Shown: positions 45,946 to 55,310 of the stretch, in pieces
Layout of the letters: every line of letters starts with the position of its first letter
Position numbering within the stretch: position 1 is the stretch's first letter
IMG/VR virus record: IMGVR_UViG_3300027974_001530
Strand: one strand, 5' to 3'
Length of the DNA stretch: 64,000 nt
Origin: a virus
Lineage: Duplodnaviria; Caudoviricetes
Translations under genes and position numbers: made by a program
The notes under the pieces: generated by a model
Told to the model about the DNA's origin: nothing
What the model saw: only the letters and a program-made list of their open reading frames with translations
Databases searched by the model: none

Positions 45946-46233
45946 TTATTTCTTAAAAAATTCTTTTATTATTTTCACCCCATCTTCAATTTCGTCAAAA
46001 TCTCTTTCAGGAGCAAATAATTTAGTTTTTGGTCTTTTTGAGTTTGGGTTCTCTATTGTCATAAAAGATGGTACGTATTCATTCTTTGTTATTTCTGTAA
46101 AAATATCATACTCCTCTTTATAATCGTCAATATCCCTATCAAAGTATTTAATGTTTTCTTTATCCAACATATTTTTTAAGTCGTGACAATAAGAACAACT
46201 TTTCATGGTATATAGTACAACTATCTTATCCAT
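45946..46233 (-). CDS. glutaredoxin-like protein
   Basis: YTMKSCSYC, YVPSF. Confidence 0.8.
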   Translation of the reverse strand: MDKIVVLYTMKSCSYCHDLKNMLDKENIKYFDRDIDDYKEEYDIFTEITKNEYVPSFMTIENPNSKRPKTKLFAPERDFDEIEDGVKIIKEFFKK

Positions 46234-46236
46234 ATT

Positions 46237-46377
46237 TTATTTATTTAAGTAATTTATACTATCATTATAATAGTTTTTATTTTGGTTCGACCCATAAGCA
46301 TCGCAATTAGCGGATTTTGTTGTCTTACATGAAAATAAAACAAAGGTTAACAAAACTGATAAAATTATTCTATACAT
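46237..46377 (-). CDS. 46-aa small lipoprotein (MYRIILSVLLTFVLFSCKTTKSANCDAYG...)
   Basis: Manual translation; LFSC lipobox; fills the Trx-Grx gap. Confidence 0.65.
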   Translation of the reverse strand: MYRIILSVLLTFVLFSCKTTKSANCDAYGSNQNKNYYNDSINYLNK

Positions 46378-46378
46378 A

Positions 46379-46693
46379 TTAATTTAATAAAAGATTTTTA
46401 ACTAAACTTTTTATGTTGTTTTCGGCCATAACACCAACTCGTGTATCAACAACATTTCCCTCATTGAAAATTTTTACAGTAGGGATGCTTCTAATCCCTA
46501 GAGTTGAACTAATCTCTTTATTAAGATCCACATTCATCGTATACATTTCAACTTCTGTTTCATTTTCCGTTGATACTTTTTCAAAAACTGGTTTCATCAT
46601 CTTACATGGTCCGCACCATTCCGCCCAAAACTCAACAATAACTTTTTTACCTGAGTTTATTTTTTTTGTTAGTTCATCACCACTAATTTCCAT
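46379..46693 (-). CDS. trxA: thioredoxin
   Basis: WAEWCGPCK, IRSIPT. Confidence 0.95.
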   Translation of the reverse strand: MEISGDELTKKINSGKKVIVEFWAEWCGPCKMMKPVFEKVSTENETEVEMYTMNVDLNKEISSTLGIRSIPTVKIFNEGNVVDTRVGVMAENNIKSLVKNLLLN

Positions 46694-47031
46694 TATTTTA
46701 ATTTTATTAAATTTTTTATGAAGAATTTTATTTCTTCTAATCTTTCAGGGTCAAAATATATCATGGTTTGATAACCAACTTCATTTGTTTCCTTTTTTGA
46801 TAAATATATGAATATGTCAGACTTATTTCTAAAAATGGTATCCGTATAAAAAAACCCATTTTCATATGTTAACATATCACAATACTCTATCTTATAATTC
46901 TTTTCAAGTAATAATTCAGGAGTTAAATTAAGAGTTCCCTGTACCCTATTTTTGGATAATAGTTTACCTTCTTTATCGTAAATTGATTTTAAGAACTCAT
47001 CTTCCTTTCCAAAATAATCTTTTTTATCCAT
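46693..47031 (-). CDS. hypothetical protein
   Basis: ORF track. Confidence 0.7.
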   Translation of the reverse strand: MDKKDYFGKEDEFLKSIYDKEGKLLSKNRVQGTLNLTPELLLEKNYKIEYCDMLTYENGFFYTDTIFRNKSDIFIYLSKKETNEVGYQTMIYFDPERLEEIKFFIKNLIKLK

Positions 47032-47075
47032 AATATAAGAATAAAAAAAGTGGTGAAAAAGTCACCACTTCTTTA

Positions 47076-47831
47076 TTAAATCATTTCTTCGGCCAATTCC
47101 CAAAGTTTTGTGTTAATTGTGTTTTGTGCGATTATGTTATCAATTTTTCGCATCTTTGCCATATTACCTCTTTGGTTTGACACTTGTACCCCACCACGGA
47201 TAAATTTCTCTTGTACGGTGTTAAAAACTCTCCAAAGGTCATCTCCTTCATCTTCTTGTCGATTAGGCGTTAGAAGACCCAAGATTTCCATATCATTTAA
47301 TGTTTTTTCAGCATTAAATCTAATTTTTGCAGATTCACGTACGAAATTTATTTTTTCATCAACCGTTAGTTCTCGAGACATCATACGACCAACAGATTGT
47401 TCAATAAATGGAAGTTTTTTAGAAAAGTTGTCTGCCAACTCTTTAACGTCGTCTAATTGAAAGTGGTTATGTCTCATTGTGAATCTCTCAGCGACTGCGG
47501 TTGGTACTGTTAATCCGTTTGAACACACAAGTCTGAATAGTCCTGCACTCAATGAAAATGCCGATGAACCGTTGTGTGAGTTTTTTACGATCGCCTCAAC
47601 CAAAGTGTCACCTACTTTTGGTAGTTCACTATTACGGAATCTGATCTCGTGTAGAGAATGTACTCCCTTCCCTGTTTGTTTTACTGATGCGATTTGCCAA
47701 CCTTCTCTATCAAAGAATTCCAAAACCTGGTCTGTTGGTACAAATGTGTACTTTTCTGTCATCTTAGGTGAGGCTGAAGTTGCAAATACTGAAGGTGCTT
47801 GTGTTTTAATAAGTTCTGGTGTGTAGATCAT
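47076..47831 (-). CDS. DUF932/DUF945 family protein
   Basis: KYTFVPT, NSHNGSSAF, AGLFRLVCSNGL, LWRVFNTVQEKFIRGG; promoter TTTG-N19-TACATTTG at 47856-47886. Confidence 0.85.
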   Translation of the reverse strand: MIYTPELIKTQAPSVFATSASPKMTEKYTFVPTDQVLEFFDREGWQIASVKQTGKGVHSLHEIRFRNSELPKVGDTLVEAIVKNSHNGSSAFSLSAGLFRLVCSNGLTVPTAVAERFTMRHNHFQLDDVKELADNFSKKLPFIEQSVGRMMSRELTVDEKINFVRESAKIRFNAEKTLNDMEILGLLTPNRQEDEGDDLWRVFNTVQEKFIRGGVQVSNQRGNMAKMRKIDNIIAQNTINTKLWELAEEMI

Positions 47832-47887
47832 GTCTTTAGATTTAAAATTATAAAACAAATGTAATGGTTTATTTTAAATAAACAAAA

Positions 47888-48178
47888 TTAATTTAAAATA
47901 ATATCACCAAATTTTGTTCTTTGTATTATCTTATCAATATAAGGTTTTTTTTCTCCCTTAATGATAGGTAATTTTAATTCCAATACCACCTCAACAATTT
48001 GTGACTTTGTTAAAATATAATCCTGACCCTTTTCAAAATTAGAAATAGCTCTTTCTTTTAATTTTACATAGAATTCATCCTTTTGTAAGTCACCTATTAA
48101 AACAAGCAAATCATTAGGATTTTTTTCAAAAAAATTAATGAGGTTACTAATATAAACCTCTATGTCTACGTTTTTCAT
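47888..48178 (-). CDS. hypothetical protein (start MKNVDIEV)
   Basis: ORF track, start adjusted. Confidence 0.7.
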   Translation of the reverse strand: MKNVDIEVYISNLINFFEKNPNDLLVLIGDLQKDEFYVKLKERAISNFEKGQDYILTKSQIVEVVLELKLPIIKGEKKPYIDKIIQRTKFGDIILN

Positions 48179-48179
48179 T

Positions 48180-50114
48180 TTAGTCTTCGCTTTTACAACC
48201 TCTTTTCTTTTTAAGTTCCGGTGGGAAATTAACAATAAAGAAGTCTTCGGTTGGTATCATGTATTTAAATAACTCTTTAGGTAGTCTATCAACATCAATA
48301 CCAGAATCTAACACTGACACAAATGTCAGACAGTATAATGTTGATAATGATTTTGGTAAAGTTTTAAGTTCCTTATTCCCGGTAACGTTTAGGAATGATA
48401 ATACCCCACACTCACCAATAGATTCAGGTAAACTTTTTATTATGTTGTCAGCAACAAAGGTCTTTAAATTTTTAAATCTTGATATATTTGCTGGCACATC
48501 AAATGGTTTTACTTTATCTGATTTGTTTTCTAAGTTAATAAACTGAGTATCTTTAGGTAACATTTCGAATAAAGTTTCTAACCCAAACATCATAGCAAAT
48601 TTGGCAACAGAATCATTAGGGAAAGAAATAGGTAAATATGACAGGTCAAGATTTTTCTTAGCCAATTGTTTTGCATATGAATTAATAAGTGCCTCATGGT
48701 AAGGAGCCATCTCATCACTCATAATTAAGGAAACATCCGCTTCACTTAATTTGTCAATATCTGTTAACAACAACGATTTTCTTTTCTTTGAAAGGTAATA
48801 ATCCTTACTTTCTTTGTCACTTACTTTAAGCATTTCACCATTAATCTTACCATCCATACCAATGTATTTGTGTCTTAAGTATGGCGTAAAGTTTGCCCAT
48901 ATTTGATCACCATTACCAACAGTTGTTAAGTCAGGTGTTCTTAATTCTAACCATAATTCAACATTCTCTTCTGATCCTAATTCCTTTATCGCATCGTCTG
49001 TTGTTAAATTTTTTCTTTCAAAAGTCATCATCATACTTTGTTGTTCACTTGAGTATGGATTAGGTTTGAAGTATTTTTCTTTTCCGTTTAGGTTTGGTAT
49101 TTTTTGTACAATCTCACTAAAAGGCATAATCGTAGATCCTGCGAATCTACCTGAGTTAGTTCCATCCGCTAATCTAAATTGTGTGTTATTTCTCCAATCG
49201 TTATCAACTAAGATTACCACCGCATAATTAACATCACTTTCTTTTAAATTTTTATTAATTACATAGTATAAAGTTAAATTCTGTCTTAATCTATAATTGT
49301 AATAATAGTTTGAGGATCCCTCCCAAGATGTACACCATCTTCTATCAGGAGCGAATTTTTTTCTAATATTAATACACTTATGTTTTTGATCAGGTGCAAA
49401 TATTAATATAGTGTCATCCTCATATGTGACATCAACATCATTAACATCAACTTCAGGCATTTTATATTCATCCTGCATAGGTAAAACGTCAACAACATGT
49501 TCAAACTCAATAAAAGTCATCATACCCGCCGGTTTAGTATTAATAGGGACCAAAGGATAGTTTGCAATATATCTATCAACCCTATTAACGACTTGTTCTA
49601 TATTTTCTTGGGGATTTTCTTTAACCAACTTTTCAGTTAACTTTTCTTTCATAAAATTTTCAAAGTCTCTTCTTATTAAAGCAGAAAGTTCTATGGATGT
49701 CATAGTTAAAATGTCTTTTCTGAACTTCTTAGAATCCAAAGCTTTCATTTCAAAAAATTTCTTAATGTTTAACTTTGTTAATCTTTTATCTGCTCCGGCA
49801 TTTTTTTCCATGAAAGTCTTATAAATGTCATCAAAAGATTTTTTAGACTTTTGACTCTCAGACTTGGAGTTTACAACATCTTTTAGTTTTTGATAGTCAT
49901 AAGTAAAGATATCTCTCTCATTACCCTGTAAAGTACCTTTAAATCTTTCAAAATCAGATATTGTTTGTTTAATAACCTCAATCGAATCTTCTGTTTGGCC
50001 AGAAAATTTTCCAACAAGTTTTTTAACGGTAGATTCTGGATATTCAAGTAATAACCTATTTTTTTTATTCGTATTTTCTTTAACTATATTTGATAATAAT
50101 TTAACAAGTTCCAT
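48180..50114 (-). CDS. 644-aa protein: leader, 'WCT' domain, C-terminal leucine-rich repeats
   Basis: LLSNIVKE/LLLE leader; YEDDTILIFAP...RWCTS; IKSLPESIG..LSFLNV.GN..LKTLPKSL. Confidence 0.75.
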   Translation of the reverse strand: MELVKLLSNIVKENTNKKNRLLLEYPESTVKKLVGKFSGQTEDSIEVIKQTISDFERFKGTLQGNERDIFTYDYQKLKDVVNSKSESQKSKKSFDDIYKTFMEKNAGADKRLTKLNIKKFFEMKALDSKKFRKDILTMTSIELSALIRRDFENFMKEKLTEKLVKENPQENIEQVVNRVDRYIANYPLVPINTKPAGMMTFIEFEHVVDVLPMQDEYKMPEVDVNDVDVTYEDDTILIFAPDQKHKCINIRKKFAPDRRWCTSWEGSSNYYYNYRLRQNLTLYYVINKNLKESDVNYAVVILVDNDWRNNTQFRLADGTNSGRFAGSTIMPFSEIVQKIPNLNGKEKYFKPNPYSSEQQSMMMTFERKNLTTDDAIKELGSEENVELWLELRTPDLTTVGNGDQIWANFTPYLRHKYIGMDGKINGEMLKVSDKESKDYYLSKKRKSLLLTDIDKLSEADVSLIMSDEMAPYHEALINSYAKQLAKKNLDLSYLPISFPNDSVAKFAMMFGLETLFEMLPKDTQFINLENKSDKVKPFDVPANISRFKNLKTFVADNIIKSLPESIGECGVLSFLNVTGNKELKTLPKSLSTLYCLTFVSVLDSGIDVDRLPKELFKYMIPTEDFFIVNFPPELKKKRGCKSED

Positions 50115-50157
50115 GATATTTTTTTATTAATAAATATTAGAATTATGAAAAAAAATC

Positions 50158-51003
50158 TTAATAGTTCATTATTAATATCTCTTCTCCCATATTTTGTTTT
50201 TTACCTTTTTTTGCTGCCGCGGCCTTTGCAAACTCCTTTGATTCCCATCTGTATTCATTTTTAGGGAACCATTCGGATAATAAAGGGAAATCATAATACG
50301 ATAAAGAAAACTTACCTTCAATGTTTTTCAACGTGTTTGCCAATCTTTCATGGTCTTGTCTATCAAAATCATGGTTAGAATAATAGTTTTCTGTTTTCCA
50401 ATATGGTGGATCCAAATAAATGTATGTGGATGGTGAGTCATATTTTTTAATTACATCCGCAAAGTCCATATTTTCCACTTTTGTGATCTTAATAAAATGA
50501 TCAATCCAATCAGGCTTTGATAGTTTATCTCTAAACGTCAAATACTTTGACTTGTACTTACCTTTAAGATCAATAAAAGAACTTGTTTCAGGTTTTGATC
50601 CACTAAATACTTGAGTTAAAACGTAAACATATTTTGCTGCAACTTCATAATCGCCAGGTTTTACGCTGAAACCTTCATTAAATATTTCAGCTTGGAACCT
50701 GGTAAATTGTTCTTTATATAATGGTGGAGTTGTCACCTCACCAAATTTTTGACAATCAATTGAGTTTATTGCCTTCAATAACTCCGTTGGGTTTTGGATA
50801 CACTTAAATAAGTTGTAGTTTAATGGGTTAAAGTCGTTGTAAACAACTTTCTTTAGGTTGGGGAACTCTTTTAAGTCCATATTATAAAAACACCAAAACA
50901 TTCCTCCAAACGTCTCAACATACGTTTCCATATTCTTATCATAGAAAGGGACGATCCACTTTCCTATTTTACTTTTTCCTCCGATATAACTTAACATATT
51001 CAA
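50158..51003 (-). CDS. Dam-like (D12 class) DNA adenine methyltransferase
   Basis: SYIGGKS, YNDFN, YLDPPY, FSLSY, EEILIMNY. Confidence 0.9.
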   Translation of the reverse strand: MNMLSYIGGKSKIGKWIVPFYDKNMETYVETFGGMFWCFYNMDLKEFPNLKKVVYNDFNPLNYNLFKCIQNPTELLKAINSIDCQKFGEVTTPPLYKEQFTRFQAEIFNEGFSVKPGDYEVAAKYVYVLTQVFSGSKPETSSFIDLKGKYKSKYLTFRDKLSKPDWIDHFIKITKVENMDFADVIKKYDSPSTYIYLDPPYWKTENYYSNHDFDRQDHERLANTLKNIEGKFSLSYYDFPLLSEWFPKNEYRWESKEFAKAAAAKKGKKQNMGEEILIMNY

Positions 51004-51054
51004 AAAATAATAAACTTATAGTAATTAATCAACAAGAAAAAAATATAAAAAAAC

Positions 51055-51086
51055 TTTGGTGGATAAATATAAAACAACTATATTTG
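51055..51086 (+). promoter_or_regulatory. Bacteroidota-type sigma-70 promoter
   Basis: TTTG (51055-51058), 20-nt spacer, TATATTTG (51079-51086). Confidence 0.75.
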
Positions 51087-51116
51087 TATTGTGGATGTGG
51101 TTAACCACTAAACAAA

Positions 51117-51215
51117 ATGGATGATTTGGTACACCATTTAAAAAACGCAAGTCGTGATGTCATCTTACGGTTATTAGAGACAGGTCAAAATACCTTCCTA
51201 ACAGGAAAAATATAA
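51117..51215 (+). CDS. 32-aa micro-ORF MDDLVHHLKNASRDVILRLLETGQNTFLTGKI
   Basis: Manual translation; lies between a consensus promoter and a terminator. Confidence 0.45.
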   Translation: MDDLVHHLKNASRDVILRLLETGQNTFLTGKI

Positions 51216-51243
51216 AGAGGGGACTTTTGGTCCCCTTTTTTTA
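51216..51243 (+). terminator. terminator
   Basis: AGGGGAC-loop-GTCCCCT followed by a T run. Confidence 0.7.
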
Positions 51244-51263
51244 TTTCATTATATTTATTAATA

Positions 51264-51770
51264 ATGAAAACATTAAATGTTCTTAAAAATTTAATTTTAG
51301 AAAATAGAGGTAAGTACCATAGGTTATTTACTTCTCCTGAAGGAGTTAAATTTATTTCAACAACTCATCAAACAGAAGATAGAAAGAGTAATTTAAGTTA
51401 TGATGAAATAAAAGACATAATTCTAACTGCGATTAGTTCCAATATTAATATACATACACGAGTTGGTGTCCCTAACCTTATGATTTCAAAATTAATAAGA
51501 GACAAATATAGAAAAATACTTAATGAATTTTCATTAAACCCGGAAGAGAAAAAAATAAAATTTGTACACAAAAGAAATAATAATGAAGATGAGGAGGTTT
51601 TTGACTACATTGAATTTATCCTTGCTCGTGGCGAAGATAATACTTTTTTAGTGGTGTCAAGTACTTTTTCCGATAATGGTAATTATTTAAAACTTTACGG
51701 TAGAGATGTTGTCCAAGCAAGAAAAGTTATAATAGAAAAGTATTTTCATTTAAGAACCGTGTTATTATAA
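51264..51770 (+). CDS. hypothetical protein, MKTLNVLKNLILE leader
   Basis: ORF track; TATTTAT at 51252-51258. Confidence 0.8.
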   Translation: MKTLNVLKNLILENRGKYHRLFTSPEGVKFISTTHQTEDRKSNLSYDEIKDIILTAISSNINIHTRVGVPNLMISKLIRDKYRKILNEFSLNPEEKKIKFVHKRNNNEDEEVFDYIEFILARGEDNTFLVVSSTFSDNGNYLKLYGRDVVQARKVIIEKYFHLRTVLL

Positions 51771-51777
51771 TTAATTT

Positions 51778-51936
51778 ATGGAAAAGAAAGAAGCAACTAA
51801 AGTCACAGGATGTCGTAAATGTAATAAAGGACAAGAAAATTTACAAATGTTTTTAGTAATCTCAGGTGGATTATTATTTTCTTTGGCAATTTACGGAGCC
51901 GTTAGATTGGTTCAAGACATCGTATCTTGGTTTTAA
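51778..51936 (+). CDS. 52-aa CxxC + TM microprotein
   Basis: Manual translation MEKKEATKVTGCRKCNKG...LVISGGLLFSLAIYGAV. Confidence 0.6.
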   Translation: MEKKEATKVTGCRKCNKGQENLQMFLVISGGLLFSLAIYGAVRLVQDIVSWF

Positions 51937-52856
51937 TCCCTATCATATTTCAAATATGGTCTTATTAGCAGATCTCCTATAACAGTCTGTAATCTAAATC
52001 CTTTACTCTTAATTCTCAATGGTTTAGATGTATCCATATGTTTTGGGAAATTGACCGATATGTCCCCATCAGGGTGTGGAACTATAAAATTATCCTTGTT
52101 AATCTCTTCTAAATTAAAAAACTTATTATAAATTAAATGTTCCCCAAATTTTTCAAATCCACTCTCATTTGTTAAACTAATTTTTAATAATAAATCCCCG
52201 TATATTCCATTACCATAATCGCCCATATCATTTAGTCTCAACATTTGTCCATCATCAATACCATGTGGTACTTTAACTTCAACTGACTTTACCTCATCTT
52301 TTGTACCAGATCCATGACAAGCATAACAAGCATTCGTTATAATTGTTCCAAATCCTCGACAAGAGTCACATGGAGATTGTACCATTTGTACGAACATTCC
52401 ACTCCCCATTTGTTTCCAAGTAATCCCTTCTCCTTTACATGTTTCACAAACTTTTTTATCACCACCAGTACCATTACAAGGATCACACTTTTCTTTTCTT
52501 TTATAATTTAACGAAACTTTTTCATTAGTGAAACTTTTTAAAACATCCACACTTAAGTTGATTACTCTTGATGGTTTTCTTTGTTGTCTAAATTGATTAT
52601 TAAACATCTCATACATATCCGAAAATTGGTCGAACTTTGAATTGCCGAATGGGTTCTTTCTTTGGATGTCATATTCTCTACGTTTATTGTCATCCCCAAT
52701 CACATCATAAGCACCAGATATTTTCTTAAACAATTCTTCATCCCCGCCTTTATCTGGGTGGTTTTCCTTTGCTAAACTTCTATAAGCCTTCTTAATTTCG
52801 TCTTGTGTTGCCGTCTCCTCAACGCCTAATATGTTATAATAATTTTCAGAGTTCAT
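51933..52856 (-). CDS. dnaJ: DnaJ chaperone
   Basis: J-domain with HPDK; four CxxCxGxG repeats; VKVPHG C-terminal domain. Confidence 0.93.
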   Translation of the reverse strand: MNSENYYNILGVEETATQDEIKKAYRSLAKENHPDKGGDEELFKKISGAYDVIGDDNKRREYDIQRKNPFGNSKFDQFSDMYEMFNNQFRQQRKPSRVINLSVDVLKSFTNEKVSLNYKRKEKCDPCNGTGGDKKVCETCKGEGITWKQMGSGMFVQMVQSPCDSCRGFGTIITNACYACHGSGTKDEVKSVEVKVPHGIDDGQMLRLNDMGDYGNGIYGDLLLKISLTNESGFEKFGEHLIYNKFFNLEEINKDNFIVPHPDGDISVNFPKHMDTSKPLRIKSKGFRLQTVIGDLLIRPYLKYDRD

Positions 52857-52900
52857 TTATTAATTTTTTGTTGTATTATTTGTAATATAGGATAAAAAAT

Positions 52901-53539
52901 ATGAAATATCTAATAGTCTTATTTAAAAATAAGAAAAGAAAAAAGATTTTAAATAAATTTAAAACATTAGAGAGGGCAAACAAATATTTTAACGATACCC
53001 TTAAAACAAGTAACAATGTTTTATTTTCAAAATCATTCGAGAATGGTAAACCTTGTAAGTATGAGATTGGTTTTTTAGAATCAGGTTCAACAGACTTTAA
53101 TTTATATTTTGTTAAAGACGAACTAGGAAGACAAATAAAAGTGGATATTGATGATCCTGATTACCGTCTTACTAAGATTGTTGATTATAATATTGAAGAG
53201 TTACTATATGATGTTGATGAAAAGAATAAAATATCTTTCGGTGGTTTTATTAAAAAGTATCTAACAAGGTCAGGAATAAAACTAATATCTAAACTTAATA
53301 ATAAAGTTGCAATACAAAATGATGATAAGGTAAATTTGGTTTCTTTAAAATCTATTGATGAATGCTCAAGATTTATAGATGTTCTTGAGGATTATTTAAT
53401 AAAAAATGGTAGGTTGGATTGTATCTTGGTTAAGGATACCTCTAAACAACAAAAAAAATACCTTTATACTATTTTAGAGTCTAAAGGTATTGATAAATCA
53501 TTTCTTTATAGAAGGTTTACTACGTTTACTAGGGAATAG
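52901..53539 (+). CDS. hypothetical protein
   Basis: ORF track. Confidence 0.75.
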   Translation: MKYLIVLFKNKKRKKILNKFKTLERANKYFNDTLKTSNNVLFSKSFENGKPCKYEIGFLESGSTDFNLYFVKDELGRQIKVDIDDPDYRLTKIVDYNIEELLYDVDEKNKISFGGFIKKYLTRSGIKLISKLNNKVAIQNDDKVNLVSLKSIDECSRFIDVLEDYLIKNGRLDCILVKDTSKQQKKYLYTILESKGIDKSFLYRRFTTFTRE

Positions 53540-53827
53540 TCTTTCCCAAAAACTTATTTTTTTCTTTTCAATAACTTCTTCTTCAATAACTTCTTCCTCG
53601 TAAATTTTATTATTGATAAAAACAATTTCTGTCCCTGAAATTTCAACTTTAAATCTTAATCTATTACTATCAACTTTTCTAAAATTTTTTTGTACTTCTT
53701 TAAAATCTTCATTGTCTAATTCATACACCAAAATTGTTTTTCCTGAAGGAAAAATATTATTAGCGGCATCAGTAACAATAACTAATTTTTCTAAGATATC
53801 ATTAATATTTTTTTCAGTTTCTCCCAT
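53498..53827 (-). CDS. hypothetical protein
   Basis: ORF track. Confidence 0.7.
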   Translation of the reverse strand: MGETEKNINDILEKLVIVTDAANNIFPSGKTILVYELDNEDFKEVQKNFRKVDSNRLRFKVEISGTEIVFINNKIYEEEVIEEEVIEKKKISFWERLFPSKRSKPSIKK

Positions 53828-53991
53828 AAAGTAAGTTTCTTAGGTTTTTTTGGTAATATATCCTCTTTTTTTAATTCTTTGATCTTATTGATAAAGTTAT
53901 TTTTTTCAAAATTTAAATCTTTAGAGTCTCTTTCTATTTCATTTTTTAGCCAATCAATCTCAGCTTCCAATTTGCTTTTCTTCTTCATCAT
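53791..53991 (-). CDS. small coiled-coil protein
   Basis: ORF track. Confidence 0.65.
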   Translation of the reverse strand: MMKKKSKLEAEIDWLKNEIERDSKDLNFEKNNFINKIKELKKEDILPKKPKKLTLWEKLKKILMIS

Positions 53992-54376
53992 CTTCTAACT
54001 CAATTTTAGGTGATTTTATTTCAAATTTCAATCCTTGTAGGTCATTTAATTTTTGTTTTTCAAAAATATGTTTTAGTTCGTCTATCTTTTGTTGAAATAA
54101 TTTATCTTTGTCTTCTCTCTCCTTATTGTAAGCAATTATATTTTTTATATTAGTGATCTGATTATCAATTAATTGTTCATTAAATTCACTAACAAAAGAA
54201 AACAACCTTACGTTAGGGGTTTGGGTTTTACTTTCTAGTACGCTTTTTTCATCGACAAATTTTTTAGGTAATTTCCAAGTGTCTGGAAATTCTATGTCAA
54301 ATGATAGATAATTTTTTAATTTTCTTACCGATTGTAAGTACGGAAATAAGATATTAAATTCTTGGAACATGCTCAT
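53960..54376 (-). CDS. hypothetical protein
   Basis: ORF track. Confidence 0.75.
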   Translation of the reverse strand: MSMFQEFNILFPYLQSVRKLKNYLSFDIEFPDTWKLPKKFVDEKSVLESKTQTPNVRLFSFVSEFNEQLIDNQITNIKNIIAYNKEREDKDKLFQQKIDELKHIFEKQKLNDLQGLKFEIKSPKIELEDDEEEKQIGS

Positions 54377-54567
54377 TCGTTTGTTTGTATTAAAAATGTT
54401 ATTATATAAGTTAAAGATAAACCATACAAAAATATTTCCCTACCACTTAAATCAATTGGTTTAGGATTACTATGTAGTAGGGAAATAACAAATTTTAGAA
54501 AAATTCTAAATATTGATAATATTGAAAATATAAATACAAAAAGATATAATGTATTAATGTTTGTCAT
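54373..54567 (-). CDS. small 2-TM membrane protein
   Basis: Hydrophobicity pattern. Confidence 0.7.
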   Translation of the reverse strand: MTNINTLYLFVFIFSILSIFRIFLKFVISLLHSNPKPIDLSGREIFLYGLSLTYIITFLIQTNE

Positions 54568-54568
54568 A

Positions 54569-54739
54569 TTATACTTTTTTACTTTCTAAAATTTCACCTC
54601 TTAGTTGTTGCATTAAAGCCTTTAACTCCTGAGCCGATTTTCTTGCTCTTGTTCCCGCACTTTTATTACCCTCAAAAAATTTTGTGGTATCTACGCTAAG
54701 TTGTTCTGTTAAAACTTTGATTTTTTCAAGTGTTTCCAT
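54569..54739 (-). CDS. Hc1 / Bacteroidota 'histone H1'-like protein, 56 aa
   Basis: Manual translation METLEKIK...EGNKSAGTRARKSAQELKALMQQLR; GNK.AGTRARK signature; absent from the ORF track. Confidence 0.85.
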   Translation of the reverse strand: METLEKIKVLTEQLSVDTTKFFEGNKSAGTRARKSAQELKALMQQLRGEILESKKV

Positions 54740-54799
54740 TTTTTATTATTATATGTTTATTTAATATTAAAAATATCAATTTTAAGATCTTAGTAAATA

Positions 54800-55273
54800 T
54801 TAAACAGTTAAATTGTTATCTAATGATTTGTATATATTTAACATTATGTCAAGATCTGATTGTGTGAAAGTTTTTTCTATGTTGAATATGTCATCAAAAA
54901 ACTCCCCTATTGATTCTTTAATTTTTTTATCGTTTTGATTATAAAAGATCTCTATAAAAAATAATACAAAGTATTCGTAGTGTTTTCCCTCGTTGGTAAA
55001 AAATATACCTTCTTTACCAAAATTATCTATTGTTTTATTCCAACACCATTTAAAATGATTGACTATATCTTCTTCCGACATTTTTATTTTGGTTTCAGAA
55101 TTATCTTCCTCCCCTAAAAATGTTTTTTTAATTAAATCATATAATGAATATGAAAAATCATAATACAATTCTAATTTTTCCGGTAAGATATTGTTAATTT
55201 TAAACCAAGTATCAATATCTTCTTTATTGATAGGTTTAGAGATATAGTTAAAAAAATTATCCATAGAGTTCAT
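54800..55273 (-). CDS. hypothetical protein
   Basis: ORF track. Confidence 0.75.
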   Translation of the reverse strand: MNSMDNFFNYISKPINKEDIDTWFKINNILPEKLELYYDFSYSLYDLIKKTFLGEEDNSETKIKMSEEDIVNHFKWCWNKTIDNFGKEGIFFTNEGKHYEYFVLFFIEIFYNQNDKKIKESIGEFFDDIFNIEKTFTQSDLDIMLNIYKSLDNNLTV

Positions 55274-55310
55274 CTATGGATAATTATAGGTTATTATATT
55301 TTTATGTAAA

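Noticed and set aside
46280-46330. tRNA suggested by GGTTCGA
   Set aside because: No cloverleaf; the segment is the antisense strand of a small lipoprotein ORF. No tRNA was seen elsewhere.
53565-53600. Short 15-bp duplication encoding EEVIE twice
   Set aside because: Ordinary in-frame low-complexity slippage.
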